Of a DNA stretch of 24,556 nucleotides, positions 8,648 through 16,852 are shown one piece after another. Below the pieces are notes generated by a model. That model worked only from the letters and a program-made list of their open reading frames with translations, was not told where the DNA came from and ran no database searches. The translations under genes and the position numbers were made by a program. The DNA is taken from the sequence record PQ561395; one strand, 5' to 3'. Each line of letters begins with the position of its first letter. The stretch's first letter is position 1. This DNA is from Escherichia phage Ec1-ASingh.

Positions 8648-9814
8648 TTATACGTAACTAATACGTTGAATTACGATAGACGACTGGTACTGATTGCCTG
8701 TGGACTGCCCTTCAATGCTTTGGGTAATTGACTCTGGGCCTGATATTTCTGGTGTAACCGCCGTAAGCTCTGCACGTTTCAGACTGAAAGACATAGCTCC
8801 GTTTACCCCTGCCAGAATAGAGTTAATCTCAACCTGTTGCTCGTTGATAAACTTCTGAATCATAGCCATGTCATACAGCTTGCCGGAGATGGAGAATGTG
8901 TTAGCTGCACGGCCTCGCTCCACGAACGCGACGCTACTGTTGCCGAGTTCGAACTGCGCGGAAGCACCGTTGTCGTTGGTGATGGTCAGGGTATCGCAAC
9001 GCAATGGCGTAGAACCGTCGAACACGGAAACGTCAACCGAGGAGAACGGCTCGTCACCAAACGTAACAGTGGAGAAGTCAGAGCCTGCTGGCGGTACAGA
9101 AAGAATTTCCTGACTCAGACCGATGAACGGGAAGCTGCCTGTCACCATCGCGTTTACGGCCTGTTCAATGGTGAAACCGGAGATCTCCACGCCTTTGGTC
9201 AGCATGTACGCGCCAGGGTTATCGCACTGGCCTTTGAACCATGTCAGGATGGAGAACGTCTTACACACATTACCGGTTTCCAGTTTGTCGCCAGTTTTTG
9301 CGTCAGTGGTTACTGTCTCTGCTGTCAGCGTGTGCTGAATACCTGCGCCCGTAACTACCAGAGCGGAAACCGCGGTCACGATAAACGGTTTTGAGTTGTC
9401 GCCGGTTAAGTCGGTGAACGCAATCAGGTCGCCAACTTCTACACCGTCAGTAATGAAGCTACCGGCAGCGCGGGTGAATGTTTTACCTGCCGGGGCGACC
9501 GTAATTTCGGCGTCAGTAATCTCTACCCCAGCTTGCCACGTAGACGTCATCGCGCCCGCGAGGAAATCATCCTGACTACGTGAGCTAAGTTCGATGGCGT
9601 ACTCCCCGCTAACCTGTTTGTTACCGGTGCGGATGGATGTGGTTTCTCGGCTGCCGTCCAGTTCGTTGGAGGTCAGCGCATCGCGGGTTACCGCAGGAAC
9701 ACCGCCCGTATTGCGCAGCGGCGACCAGACAGGGTTGTCTGGGGTTACGCCCGGGGTCACTTCCGCCACATAGAATTGCGCTGTATTCGCGCCCTTAAAA
9801 GGAGTTGTAGCCAT
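8648..9814 (-). CDS. major tail (tube) protein, putative
   Basis: 388 aa Thr/Ser/Gly-rich ORF; position after neck/terminator genes and before G/GT chaperones. Confidence 0.55.
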   Translation of the reverse strand: MATTPFKGANTAQFYVAEVTPGVTPDNPVWSPLRNTGGVPAVTRDALTSNELDGSRETTSIRTGNKQVSGEYAIELSSRSQDDFLAGAMTSTWQAGVEITDAEITVAPAGKTFTRAAGSFITDGVEVGDLIAFTDLTGDNSKPFIVTAVSALVVTGAGIQHTLTAETVTTDAKTGDKLETGNVCKTFSILTWFKGQCDNPGAYMLTKGVEISGFTIEQAVNAMVTGSFPFIGLSQEILSVPPAGSDFSTVTFGDEPFSSVDVSVFDGSTPLRCDTLTITNDNGASAQFELGNSSVAFVERGRAANTFSISGKLYDMAMIQKFINEQQVEINSILAGVNGAMSFSLKRAELTAVTPEISGPESITQSIEGQSTGNQYQSSIVIQRISYV

Positions 9815-9816
9815 AT

Positions 9817-10233
9817 TTACAGCCTCTTGGTGAATGCAATAAAGTTAATTGACAATGGTCGTTTGGCCCATCCGTTTTCTACAATCAGCGGCCCCAGGCT
9901 TACCGATTGAACCTCGGCGCAGATGTCGTTACGCGAAAATGACTTACCCGCCTTAAACGCCGTGTTAAGTAAGTCTGCCATTTTATTGATTGGCGCGCTA
10001 CCTTTCACCGATGCGTAGTTAATGTCGACCTGATAGACACCGGCGCGTTGTTCCGTGAAGAACAAATCCGCCTGTTCCGTATCCGAAAGCAGCATGTAAC
10101 TTGCCAGATACGGCGTATCAGTTGACGTCGGCGCGTCGATGTTTTCAAGCGCAACCTTGATGCCGTTGGCGGTTCCGAAGGCTACCAGCGGCACGTCGAA
10201 CGCTTTTGTTAAGTCCTCAAAGTAGCCCATCAT
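9817..10233 (-). CDS. tail terminator / tail completion protein, putative
   Basis: 138 aa; synteny (immediately upstream of major tail protein); stop/start overlap with neighbours. Confidence 0.45.
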   Translation of the reverse strand: MMGYFEDLTKAFDVPLVAFGTANGIKVALENIDAPTSTDTPYLASYMLLSDTEQADLFFTEQRAGVYQVDINYASVKGSAPINKMADLLNTAFKAGKSFSRNDICAEVQSVSLGPLIVENGWAKRPLSINFIAFTKRL

Positions 10234-10625
10234 TTCACCTTGTTGGCTTCTTCGTTAATTAGTTGCTGGAAGCGAGACACATTCACCCGGACAAATCCTT
10301 GTGGCGCTTGCTGCGACCAGCCATACTCCAGCCGTTGTGCATACGGCAGATTATTTGTCAGCGTGAACTCGTGCCAGTCTGCGGCTTTCAGTACGAAACT
10401 TGTAGCGTTTCCGGTTGCCGTGTTTCCTGATTTATCGGTGGCGTCCGTAATCCCGGAAGCAGAAGTACCACCAGACGCCACCCAGTTCATACGAAAGCGG
10501 CCGGTGTCCACCGGACTCGCCTTTATGATAGCGGAAAACAGCTTGATAGACACCTGACGCATCACCTTCTCAGGATTCTTCTTCGCCTTTTCCACGAACT
10601 TAGAGACATCAAGCGCGAAACTCAT
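10230..10625 (-). CDS. HK97 gp10-like neck protein
   Basis: 131 aa; motifs PVDTGRFRMNW and LTNNLPYAQRLEYG resemble the HK97 gp10 family pattern (from memory). Confidence 0.6.
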   Translation of the reverse strand: MSFALDVSKFVEKAKKNPEKVMRQVSIKLFSAIIKASPVDTGRFRMNWVASGGTSASGITDATDKSGNTATGNATSFVLKAADWHEFTLTNNLPYAQRLEYGWSQQAPQGFVRVNVSRFQQLINEEANKVK

Positions 10626-10980
10626 TTTCTCACCTGAATAAAGTAGGCCACGACATCATCGTTAACCATCTTCTTCTCGATAGCTACGACAGACCATTGC
10701 TCGCCGCCGGATTGCACCTTGTCTTCCATTTTCGGGACGACACTGCAATCCGCTTTAACAATCATGTCGCCCGCCTGAATCGTCGTACCGTTCACCAGTC
10801 CTGCGTTAACAGGAACCGGAACAGCTTTCAACGGCAGCACTTCATTCGCGGACCGGACGTACTCACCGAGAACTTCATCCCACACTTTCGAGCCAGCGCG
10901 AACAAGAGATACCGTGCTACCGAATTTGGTTAGCAGGCGTGTACCGACGCCTTGCATACGTTTACTGAAAGCGGTGCTCA
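10622..10980 (-). CDS. head-tail joining (head closure) protein, putative
   Basis: Track ORF extends to 11062, but the ATG at 10980 (MSTAFSKR) has an AGAGGTG SD and avoids overlap with the upstream gene; size and position fit a head-tail joining protein. Confidence 0.5.
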
Positions 10981-11075
10981 TTTTAGCACCTCTTGCAGCG
11001 TCAAAAGAACACCGTAACTGTGCAAGACTACCGCGGTAAGAAAACCAAAAACTACACCACATGTGAACTTATTCA

Positions 11076-11690
11076 TCAGGCGGCCTCCAGTCTCGAAATA
11101 ACCAGTAATGCGGATGGTGCTGTACCCCATGCGGTTACGGTAGCAACTTGCGGATATACGCCGCCGAAGTTGGTCCTGGCACTATCCCGCATAATCTGAA
11201 CAGCAAACGTCTGGCCTGCGGTTGTGTTAATAACGACGCGAGATTCAATCGGGATTGTAGTATCAGCACTTACCAGTTTAGTAGCTGCTGGCGAGCCGTA
11301 CTGTGCGCCGTTAAGAAGAATGCGCGATAACAGGACGGACGTCCCGCTCGCTCCAGTGCACCCCGCCTGTAACTTGATGCGAACGGCGTAGTTGCCTGCA
11401 GTGTTGAACGTAACCAGACCCGATGCATTAATCATTACCGGGTCAGATGCGCTACCCTGCGCGGGACCGAAAGTTAACTGCAATGCCGTATCTACCGCGG
11501 TAGGCACTTGTGTTACGGTAGACGCGGCACGGAGAACTTCAACCTCTTTAACGCCAGGAGTGGCGTAAATAGGTGAGTCAGCCATCTGCGTAAGAACACC
11601 GCGCAGCTTGGCCGGAGTGATAAGCCCCGTCGTGTTGTCGGGTAACTCCTGCCCTATAAGGGTAAATATCTCAGATTTAGTCTTCGCCAT
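11076..11690 (-). CDS. hypothetical virion structural protein
   Basis: 204 aa ORF in the head-neck module; no recognised motif. Confidence 0.4.
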   Translation of the reverse strand: MAKTKSEIFTLIGQELPDNTTGLITPAKLRGVLTQMADSPIYATPGVKEVEVLRAASTVTQVPTAVDTALQLTFGPAQGSASDPVMINASGLVTFNTAGNYAVRIKLQAGCTGASGTSVLLSRILLNGAQYGSPAATKLVSADTTIPIESRVVINTTAGQTFAVQIMRDSARTNFGGVYPQVATVTAWGTAPSALLVISRLEAA

Positions 11691-11692
11691 TT

Positions 11693-12205
11693 TTAACCCC
11701 GGTACACATTAAACGAGAAGTCATTGTTAAGACCACCGCACAGTAACGGGCGTAAGGCGTCGTCCGCAGCGGTAATCGCGGTCGTAGCACCACTGCTGCC
11801 GTTGTTGAAGTAGGTCACTGTTACCGCACCCTCTACACGCTCAGTCTGCACGGAACGTCCATCGGAGTTAGCCCGAACATCAGTGCCTGCGCCATATGTA
11901 ACCGCGGCGATTACTTGCGCACGGATTAACTGCGACGGAATAACATTATCAGCTACGGTGAAGCCGTTTAGTGTTGTTCCTGTACGCGGGTACGCCAGCG
12001 ACTGTTCAGCGGATACACGTCTACCGCACATCTGCGGTTCTGCAAGCCCGACATAAGTAGCGCCGTTGCGCAGGGCTACTTCCGCGGCGGTATCGTCTTC
12101 TGGCAGCTCAAGGCCATAATTAGCCGCTAGCGCGCGGGCGTCAGCCAGACTAATGTAACTGTCGGCATTCGGGACGATTGCCCCAGTTTCCACGATTAGC
12201 GGCAT
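11693..12205 (-). CDS. head-tail connector/adaptor protein, putative
   Basis: 170 aa; N-terminal SLADARALAANYGLELPEDD pattern typical of phage head-tail adaptor proteins; synteny. Confidence 0.45.
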   Translation of the reverse strand: MPLIVETGAIVPNADSYISLADARALAANYGLELPEDDTAAEVALRNGATYVGLAEPQMCGRRVSAEQSLAYPRTGTTLNGFTVADNVIPSQLIRAQVIAAVTYGAGTDVRANSDGRSVQTERVEGAVTVTYFNNGSSGATTAITAADDALRPLLCGGLNNDFSFNVYRG

Positions 12206-12208
12206 AAA

Positions 12209-12388
12209 TTATTCCTCTGACTTACGGCGACGACGCTTAGTACCTCCGCCGTTGTTGTGCGCTTCTTCGTTGTCCGGTTGGGTTGCAACCAGTTCATCCG
12301 CTTCTACAACACCGCGAACTGGCATCACCTGACAGTCAACAATATCGACGTGGGTGTACTTTTCGCGGATTACATAATTATCTGCCAT
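12209..12388 (-). CDS. small hypothetical protein (59 aa, Arg/Lys-rich C-terminus)
   Basis: Hand-translated: MADNYVIREKYTHVDIVDCQVMPVRGVVEADELVATQPDNEEAHNNGGGTKRRRRKSEE; below 60-aa track cutoff; AAGG upstream; stop abuts next gene start. Confidence 0.35.
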   Translation of the reverse strand: MADNYVIREKYTHVDIVDCQVMPVRGVVEADELVATQPDNEEAHNNGGGTKRRRRKSEE

Positions 12389-12424
12389 GACCTTTCCTTA
12401 TTACGGCCCCGAAGGGCCGTTGTA

Positions 12425-12706
12425 TTAAGACACAGTTGCTACAGTGCTGCTGGAGATAATATTACCATACGCATCGTGAACAACCACTTTATACGTGCCT
12501 GAATCGACAGACGCGACAGTGGTGGCTTTGGTGTACGTAGCTGAGGTAGCGCCTGCAATGGCGTTGTTATCCTTGAACCACTGGTAGGAATAAGGTGCCA
12601 TCCCGCCAGTTGCCGCAACGATAAGCGTCAATGCGGCGGGTGCACTAACAGTGGGGTAGAAAAAGATGCTGGTGAGATATTTGCCATGTCGATTTCTACC
12701 TGACCA
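12425..12706 (-). CDS. Ig-like (Big_2/I-set-like) domain ORF lacking a canonical start
   Basis: Frame open 12706->12425; only in-frame start is TTG at 12631 with no SD. Sequence APYSYQWFKDNNAIAGATSATYTK...GTYKVVVHDAYGN is a typical phage Ig-like domain. Confidence 0.4.
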   Translation of the reverse strand, partial: WSGRNRHGKYLTSIFFYPTVSAPAALTLIVAATGGMAPYSYQWFKDNNAIAGATSATYTKATTVASVDSGTYKVVVHDAYGNIISSSTVATVS

Positions 12707-12774
12707 TCAGCCGGGGAGTCGTCAGAGACCCCAGTAATTCGACGTTTGATTACATCAACCATTTTTAAGCTCCT

Positions 12775-13074
12775 TTAGCTTACAGTTCCTGCGTTTTTAA
12801 GCGCAGTCAACAGATTTGCTACGGTAGTGCGCAGCGCGGTAACATCAGTTCGGAGTTTGTTGTACTCCGCTACAAGAGCATCGAACTCGGTCTTAGTCGG
12901 GGCATCAGCAGACGGCGCCCCTACGCCAGCGGTAATGGCCGCGGGTGCAGCCACAGTAGCTGACTTTTTAACCCCACCAACTACGCTGGTGGTAGCAGGC
13001 GTCACTGGGATATCAAAGTCGCCGAAATCGACATTCTGAAGGCTGCGCGGCAAGCCTTTTCCGGTCTTAGCCAT
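12775..13074 (-). CDS. hypothetical head protein (possible decoration/fibre; C-terminal coiled coil)
   Basis: 99 aa, AAGAGG SD; follows the major capsid gene and its terminator; C-terminal TEFDALVAEYNKLRTDVTALRTTVANLL heptad-like. Confidence 0.5.
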   Translation of the reverse strand: MAKTGKGLPRSLQNVDFGDFDIPVTPATTSVVGGVKKSATVAAPAAITAGVGAPSADAPTKTEFDALVAEYNKLRTDVTALRTTVANLLTALKNAGTVS

Positions 13075-13084
13075 AATTTACCTC

Positions 13085-13117
13085 TTAGTAAATGAAAAGA
13101 GGGACCGAAGTCCCTCT
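13085..13117 (-). terminator. rho-independent terminator downstream of major capsid gene
   Basis: AGAGGGAC-CGAA-GTCCCTCT hairpin (about 13098-13117) followed on the minus strand by TTTTCATTT; lies between capsid stop (13134) and next start (13074). Confidence 0.55.
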
Positions 13118-13133
13118 CGATTATAGCTTAACC

Positions 13134-14183
13134 TTAAGCCCCGACACCAGTTACCAGGAAGGCAATCGGTACGTGCTTGCGGTCAACCACACGGTTCCAG
13201 TTGGAGGCGTTCGCCAGGTCCTGCCAGGAAGCAGAGCGGGCTACTGTCTCAGTACCATTGCCAGTAATCACCGCGCTGGTGAAGCTGTAACCAAACGGGT
13301 GAAGCAACCAGGTCTTACGGGTCCACAGGGTTTCAACGCCGCCACCGTTACCACGAGACGCTTCGCGCTCGTATTCCAGCGGGTTAGACGGATCGCCTTC
13401 ACCATAACCGATAGCGCCGTTGCCGAAGATGATGGAGATGAACTTACGGTTAGAGCCGGTGCCGACTACGGTCATGCTGTCGTCAACAATCACGCGGTAG
13501 CCCTGGTAGGTGGCGAACATGGTGTTGTTGTCGGCGTCACGGATGAAGTCAATAAGCTGCTGCTTACCGGCCTGCGCATAAACGAAGCTGTGCATCGCGA
13601 TAGCACCCAGCACTTCACCGCCGTTGCCCATCAGCGCATCGCCCATAGTCTGGGTAGCGTCGATGAACGCACCTGCATCGAAGCCCAGAGTAGAGGACAC
13701 GTCGATTACCATGTCGTTCTGCTCGTGGTACGCGTCGGTAGCGGCTACGTTGTCGTTGTACAAACCGAGCGCGGTAGCGATCAGACGGCGTTGCGCCTGA
13801 CGCTGCCAGAAGTTATCCAGACGGGCTGCTACGGATTTAAGCGGGTCCTGGCGGGTAAGTTCAACGGTCAGATCCGCCTGACCAAAACCTTCGTTCAGGT
13901 AAGCTACGCGAACGTTCATCTCACCAGTCTGTACGTTGCGCGGGGTAGCGACGTCCTGATATACATCGTTCGAGTAGTTCGGCTCGATAGAGGTATCAAT
14001 AGCTTTCCAGTACGGCAGAACAGCTTTGTTGGATGGGCCGTTTGCGATAGCAGCGGCGTACGGAGTCGGGGTAAGGATACCGGACTGGAAGAACGCGGTT
14101 TTCTCTACCGGGTCCTCTGTCATGTAAGACAGAATGACCGATTCTTTACCAGTTACGATATCGCCGATAGTAGTAATTGCCAT
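13134..14183 (-). CDS. major capsid protein
   Basis: 349 aa; strong GAGGA SD; immediately downstream of scaffold gene and followed by a terminator; composition typical of coat proteins. Confidence 0.65.
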   Translation of the reverse strand: MAITTIGDIVTGKESVILSYMTEDPVEKTAFFQSGILTPTPYAAAIANGPSNKAVLPYWKAIDTSIEPNYSNDVYQDVATPRNVQTGEMNVRVAYLNEGFGQADLTVELTRQDPLKSVAARLDNFWQRQAQRRLIATALGLYNDNVAATDAYHEQNDMVIDVSSTLGFDAGAFIDATQTMGDALMGNGGEVLGAIAMHSFVYAQAGKQQLIDFIRDADNNTMFATYQGYRVIVDDSMTVVGTGSNRKFISIIFGNGAIGYGEGDPSNPLEYEREASRGNGGGVETLWTRKTWLLHPFGYSFTSAVITGNGTETVARSASWQDLANASNWNRVVDRKHVPIAFLVTGVGA

Positions 14184-14887
14184 TATTTTTTCCTCAGGGC
14201 TTTAAGTTGCCGTTCAAATTCGGCAGGGTTCGATTCGTACAAAGCGATACGCTCTGCTTCACTCATGTCTTTAAACGCTGGTGCGGCCCCGCCGCCTTTG
14301 CTACCGGAAGCCCCGCCGCCGGAAGCTGCATTTGCTTTAATCAAATGCGAAAACGCTTTGTGTTCGCGCAGGTATTTGCGGAACTGTTCCGGGTCAGTCG
14401 TGATTACGTTACCGTCTGCGCCGACAAACTTAGTAACCACGTCATCGCCTTCGAACTCAGTCTTAACGAACGGAGCAAGAATGTCTACTGCTTCCGGGGT
14501 AATAAAGTCACCTGCGAAAGAGCCTAACACCGCTTTACGTTCGCTGCCGAGGATGCGCTCAGCCATTTTGGTTATGCGACCATCTTTCTCGGCTAACACC
14601 GGGTCATACTGGCTACGAATCGTCTTTTCGAACTCATCCATCTTACCAGCGGCTTTTAATGCCTCCTGGTGTGCGCGCTGCCGTTCTTCTTCGGCCTCTT
14701 TTGCTTTACGGGCGGCTTCTTTCTTCTCCGCCAGCAATGCTTCCTGATTGGCCTTAAGCCCGGCGACTTCTTTCTCAATCAGCGCCTGAACTTCTTCAGC
14801 GGTGAACATTTTCGGCGCGTCACCGCCGCCAGATTTATCTTCTGCTCCAGCTTCTTCCTGGAACGGATAACGTAAAAAACGATTCAT
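14183..14887 (-). CDS. scaffolding protein
   Basis: Highly charged coiled-coil (EALLAEKKEAARKAKEAEEERQRAHQEALK); likely start is ATG 14887 (MNRFL...), since the track start 14941 is a TTG; directly upstream of major capsid gene. Confidence 0.6.
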   Translation of the reverse strand: MNRFLRYPFQEEAGAEDKSGGGDAPKMFTAEEVQALIEKEVAGLKANQEALLAEKKEAARKAKEAEEERQRAHQEALKAAGKMDEFEKTIRSQYDPVLAEKDGRITKMAERILGSERKAVLGSFAGDFITPEAVDILAPFVKTEFEGDDVVTKFVGADGNVITTDPEQFRKYLREHKAFSHLIKANAASGGGASGSKGGGAAPAFKDMSEAERIALYESNPAEFERQLKALRKK

Positions 14888-14969
14888 AGTCAGTATGTCC
14901 CCTGGACGTTGGAATCCGGGCCTCCCGGATTTACATGTCAAGGATAAATTATTCCAACATGCAAGGCAA

Positions 14970-15233
14970 CTATTCCAGAATATTCCTCACGTAATCCTGC
15001 AACATGAACACTTTCAGTCTCAGTTGCCGTACACATTCGGCATTCTGAACATCAATAGCTAAATCCTCGTCGGCGTCGCTACTTGGCTGAGCCAGTTTGC
15101 ACGGCGGCTGCATCATCGTCGTATCCGGGGATGGAATTGGCGTTGGTGGCGGCGCGGGACTTGAGCTGCACGCGCTCAGGGTCGAAAGTGCACACGCTGC
15201 GACCAGGCGTTTTAATGTACTTAACGACTTCAC
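14970..15233 (-). CDS. o-spanin (Rz1-like outer-membrane lipoprotein)
   Basis: GTG start with AGAGGTG SD; signal peptide with lipobox LSAC then proline-rich SSSPAPPPTPIPSP; starts inside the Rz-like ORF in another frame and extends 109 nt past its stop. Confidence 0.55.
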   Translation of the reverse strand: MKSLSTLKRLVAACALSTLSACSSSPAPPPTPIPSPDTTMMQPPCKLAQPSSDADEDLAIDVQNAECVRQLRLKVFMLQDYVRNILE

Positions 15234-15465
15234 GGGTTATCACCTCTGATTTCGTTTTGCCTTCGTTGTCAGCGGCGGCGGCCTTTGATTCATCCTGCTG
15301 CTGCCGTTGTGTTTTCTTCGCGAACTCAGCCAGTGCTTCCTGCTGTTGCTGCGAAACGAGATTCGCCCGGCCTTCGTTCCAGCCGCTGCGGTATTGAAAG
15401 TAGCCGTGTGCGTAAGCCAGGATGATGAAACATGCTCCTGCTACGACAGTTGCTTTAAGATTCAT
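15079..15465 (-). CDS. i-spanin (Rz-like; N-terminal TMD, Gln-rich periplasmic helix)
   Basis: 128 aa; AAGGAG SD; N-terminal hydrophobic anchor ATVVAGACFIILAYAHGYF; contains the embedded lipoprotein ORF. Confidence 0.55.
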   Translation of the reverse strand: MNLKATVVAGACFIILAYAHGYFQYRSGWNEGRANLVSQQQQEALAEFAKKTQRQQQDESKAAAADNEGKTKSEVITREVVKYIKTPGRSVCTFDPERVQLKSRAATNANSIPGYDDDAAAVQTGSAK

Positions 15466-15785
15466 GTTTCTCCTTTCTTGATAAGTAAAGCCCCGCCTTA
15501 AAGCGGGGCGCTAGTCCTTATCATTTAAACATAGAAACGGCGTAATCTCAGTAAACCAGTTACTTTTTACACAAGCAATAGAGTATGACCCTTCCGAACG
15601 CGTCAGCGGAACTACACTCAAGTGCTAAAGCACGCGTTGCGTTCCCTGCCGCGCCGCGGTCGCTTGTTCATACTTCACAAGCTCAGGTGGAGCTTATCAT
15701 ATTTTTAGTGAAAAGTCAACTATTCGAATAGTTTATTCCAACATTTACAATTGAGCGGAATAACTGGAATAGGTAAATAAATAGT

Positions 15786-15814
15786 TTGCGCACCCCAACA
15801 TAATAGGGTACTAT
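15786..15814 (+). promoter_or_regulatory. sigma70-like promoter (TTGCGC-17nt-TACTAT), copy B of the repeated 33-bp element
   Basis: TTGCGCACCCCAACATAATAGGGTACTATTCAG at 15786-15818; followed by AACAGGAG RBS and ATG 15842. Confidence 0.5.
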
Positions 15815-15841
15815 TCAGTTAACTTAAACAGGAGATGAGAA

Positions 15842-16363
15842 ATGATTACTACAGTAATTACTTTCCCTGCGTATGTAGGGGCGAAAATATGCAGGGCTAA
15901 AAATGATGTTCGCTACTATTTGAACGCTTTTTACATAGACCCTGAGGGATTGATAGTGTCTACGGACGGTCATAGATTGTTCTGCGACAATGTGAAGACC
16001 AACGTTGAGAAAGGGACTCTCATAGACATCAAAGGGAGAGAGCCTTCTAAATTTAACTACGCGGAGGTAAACCACGACAACGGCAGTGTATCTTTCTATG
16101 ACGATAATCGTGCGCTTATATGTACACTTCCGGTAGATGTTGTAGAAGGAAACTTTCCTGACTGGAGACGCGTGGCGCGCATTACTCCTGGTACCGTCGA
16201 TAGCATAGGGTTCTCTCTGCGCTATTTAGCAGACGCGCACAAGATTTCTAAGGCGTATAAAAATGAAATTGCTCGTTTCGATTTCCAGGACCAAACAAAC
16301 GGATGCAAAATATCATTTTCAAACACAGCATTTATGGTGTTAATGCCTGCGCGAGTTAAATAA
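15842..16363 (+). CDS. truncated beta sliding-clamp (DnaN) homolog: domain II plus C-terminal half of domain III
   Basis: 173 aa. Motifs matching E. coli DnaN (from memory): NDVRYYLN (DnaN 150-156 DVRYYLN), STDGHRLFC (ATDGHRLAVC 171-180), GNFPDWRRV (GRFPDYRRV 240-247), FSLRYLADA (FNVSYVLDV), C-terminal MVLMPARV (VVMPMRL 360-366). No domain I equivalent. Confidence 0.8.
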   Translation: MITTVITFPAYVGAKICRAKNDVRYYLNAFYIDPEGLIVSTDGHRLFCDNVKTNVEKGTLIDIKGREPSKFNYAEVNHDNGSVSFYDDNRALICTLPVDVVEGNFPDWRRVARITPGTVDSIGFSLRYLADAHKISKAYKNEIARFDFQDQTNGCKISFSNTAFMVLMPARVK

Positions 16364-16366
16364 ACT

Positions 16367-16390
16367 AAGGCCCCATAACGGGGCCTTTTA
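16367..16390. terminator. rho-independent terminator (shared by convergent genes)
   Basis: AAGGCCCC-ATAAC-GGGGCCTT hairpin then TTTATCATT; 3 nt after stop of 15842-16363 and abutting stop of minus gene at 16391. Confidence 0.55.
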
Positions 16391-16852
16391 TCATTCTGGC
16401 TTAGTGACCTTCGCCGCTTTACTGACGACCTCTACACCATCGTCATCGGTAACTTTAACGAAGTATTCACCAACTGCATTAACCGTCAGAGACAAAGCCT
16501 CTTCCGGGGCGTTGACTACTTCCTTGCCGTCTTTGTACCAGGTCAGCACATACGGCGCTTTACCCGCTTTAACTTCGACAGTGATGGTTGCGCTGCCGTC
16601 TGCCAGTTCAGCGTCCTGCGGTTGCACTGAGAAATACACGTCGCCAGCGTCCGCCAGATACGGAATCTCATAAAGCATACCCGCCGCGGGCAGCGCGATA
16701 CCGGTCTTGTCTGCAAACGGCATCTCGTCTACAGGTGTACCGAGTACACTTTCGTCTTCAATAAACACCACGTTCTCGCCGGAGCCAGACACGCGGGCGT
16801 ACTGGACCACACGACGCGACGGCACATCAGTTACTTTGAAAAAGCCCATCAT
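16391..16852 (-). CDS. Ig-like domain-containing protein (possible head decoration/accessory)
   Basis: 153 aa; start overlaps Mu F-like stop; C-terminal TITVEVKAGKAPYVLTWYKDGKEVV...GEYFVKVTDDDG is Ig-like. Confidence 0.5.
   Translation of the reverse strand: MMGFFKVTDVPSRRVVQYARVSGSGENVVFIEDESVLGTPVDEMPFADKTGIALPAAGMLYEIPYLADAGDVYFSVQPQDAELADGSATITVEVKAGKAPYVLTWYKDGKEVVNAPEEALSLTVNAVGEYFVKVTDDDGVEVVSKAAKVTKPE

Noticed and set aside
8837-9394. 185-aa plus-strand ORF (and 8868-9113, 9123-9338) inside the major tail protein gene
   Set aside because: Antisense shadow ORFs with no start signals, fully inside a supported minus-strand gene.
13092-14747. 551-aa plus-strand ORF spanning the major capsid and scaffold genes
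   Set aside because: Antisense shadow ORF: low-complexity, Arg/Ser/Val-rich translation, no RBS, and it fully overlaps two well-supported minus-strand genes.
14915-14929. TCCGGG-CCT-CCCGGA inverted repeat upstream of the scaffold gene, considered as an operator or terminator
   Set aside because: Short stem with no adjacent U-tract and no second copy; may be an mRNA structure, but evidence is insufficient to annotate.
14949-15744. 12-bp direct repeat TTATTCCAACAT (14949-14960 and 15733-15744) plus inverted CTATTCCAG/CTGGAATAG flanking the spanin genes, considered as insertion scars
   Set aside because: Several 12-mer repeat pairs are expected by chance in 24.5 kb, and there are no further hallmarks such as an integrase or longer terminal repeats.
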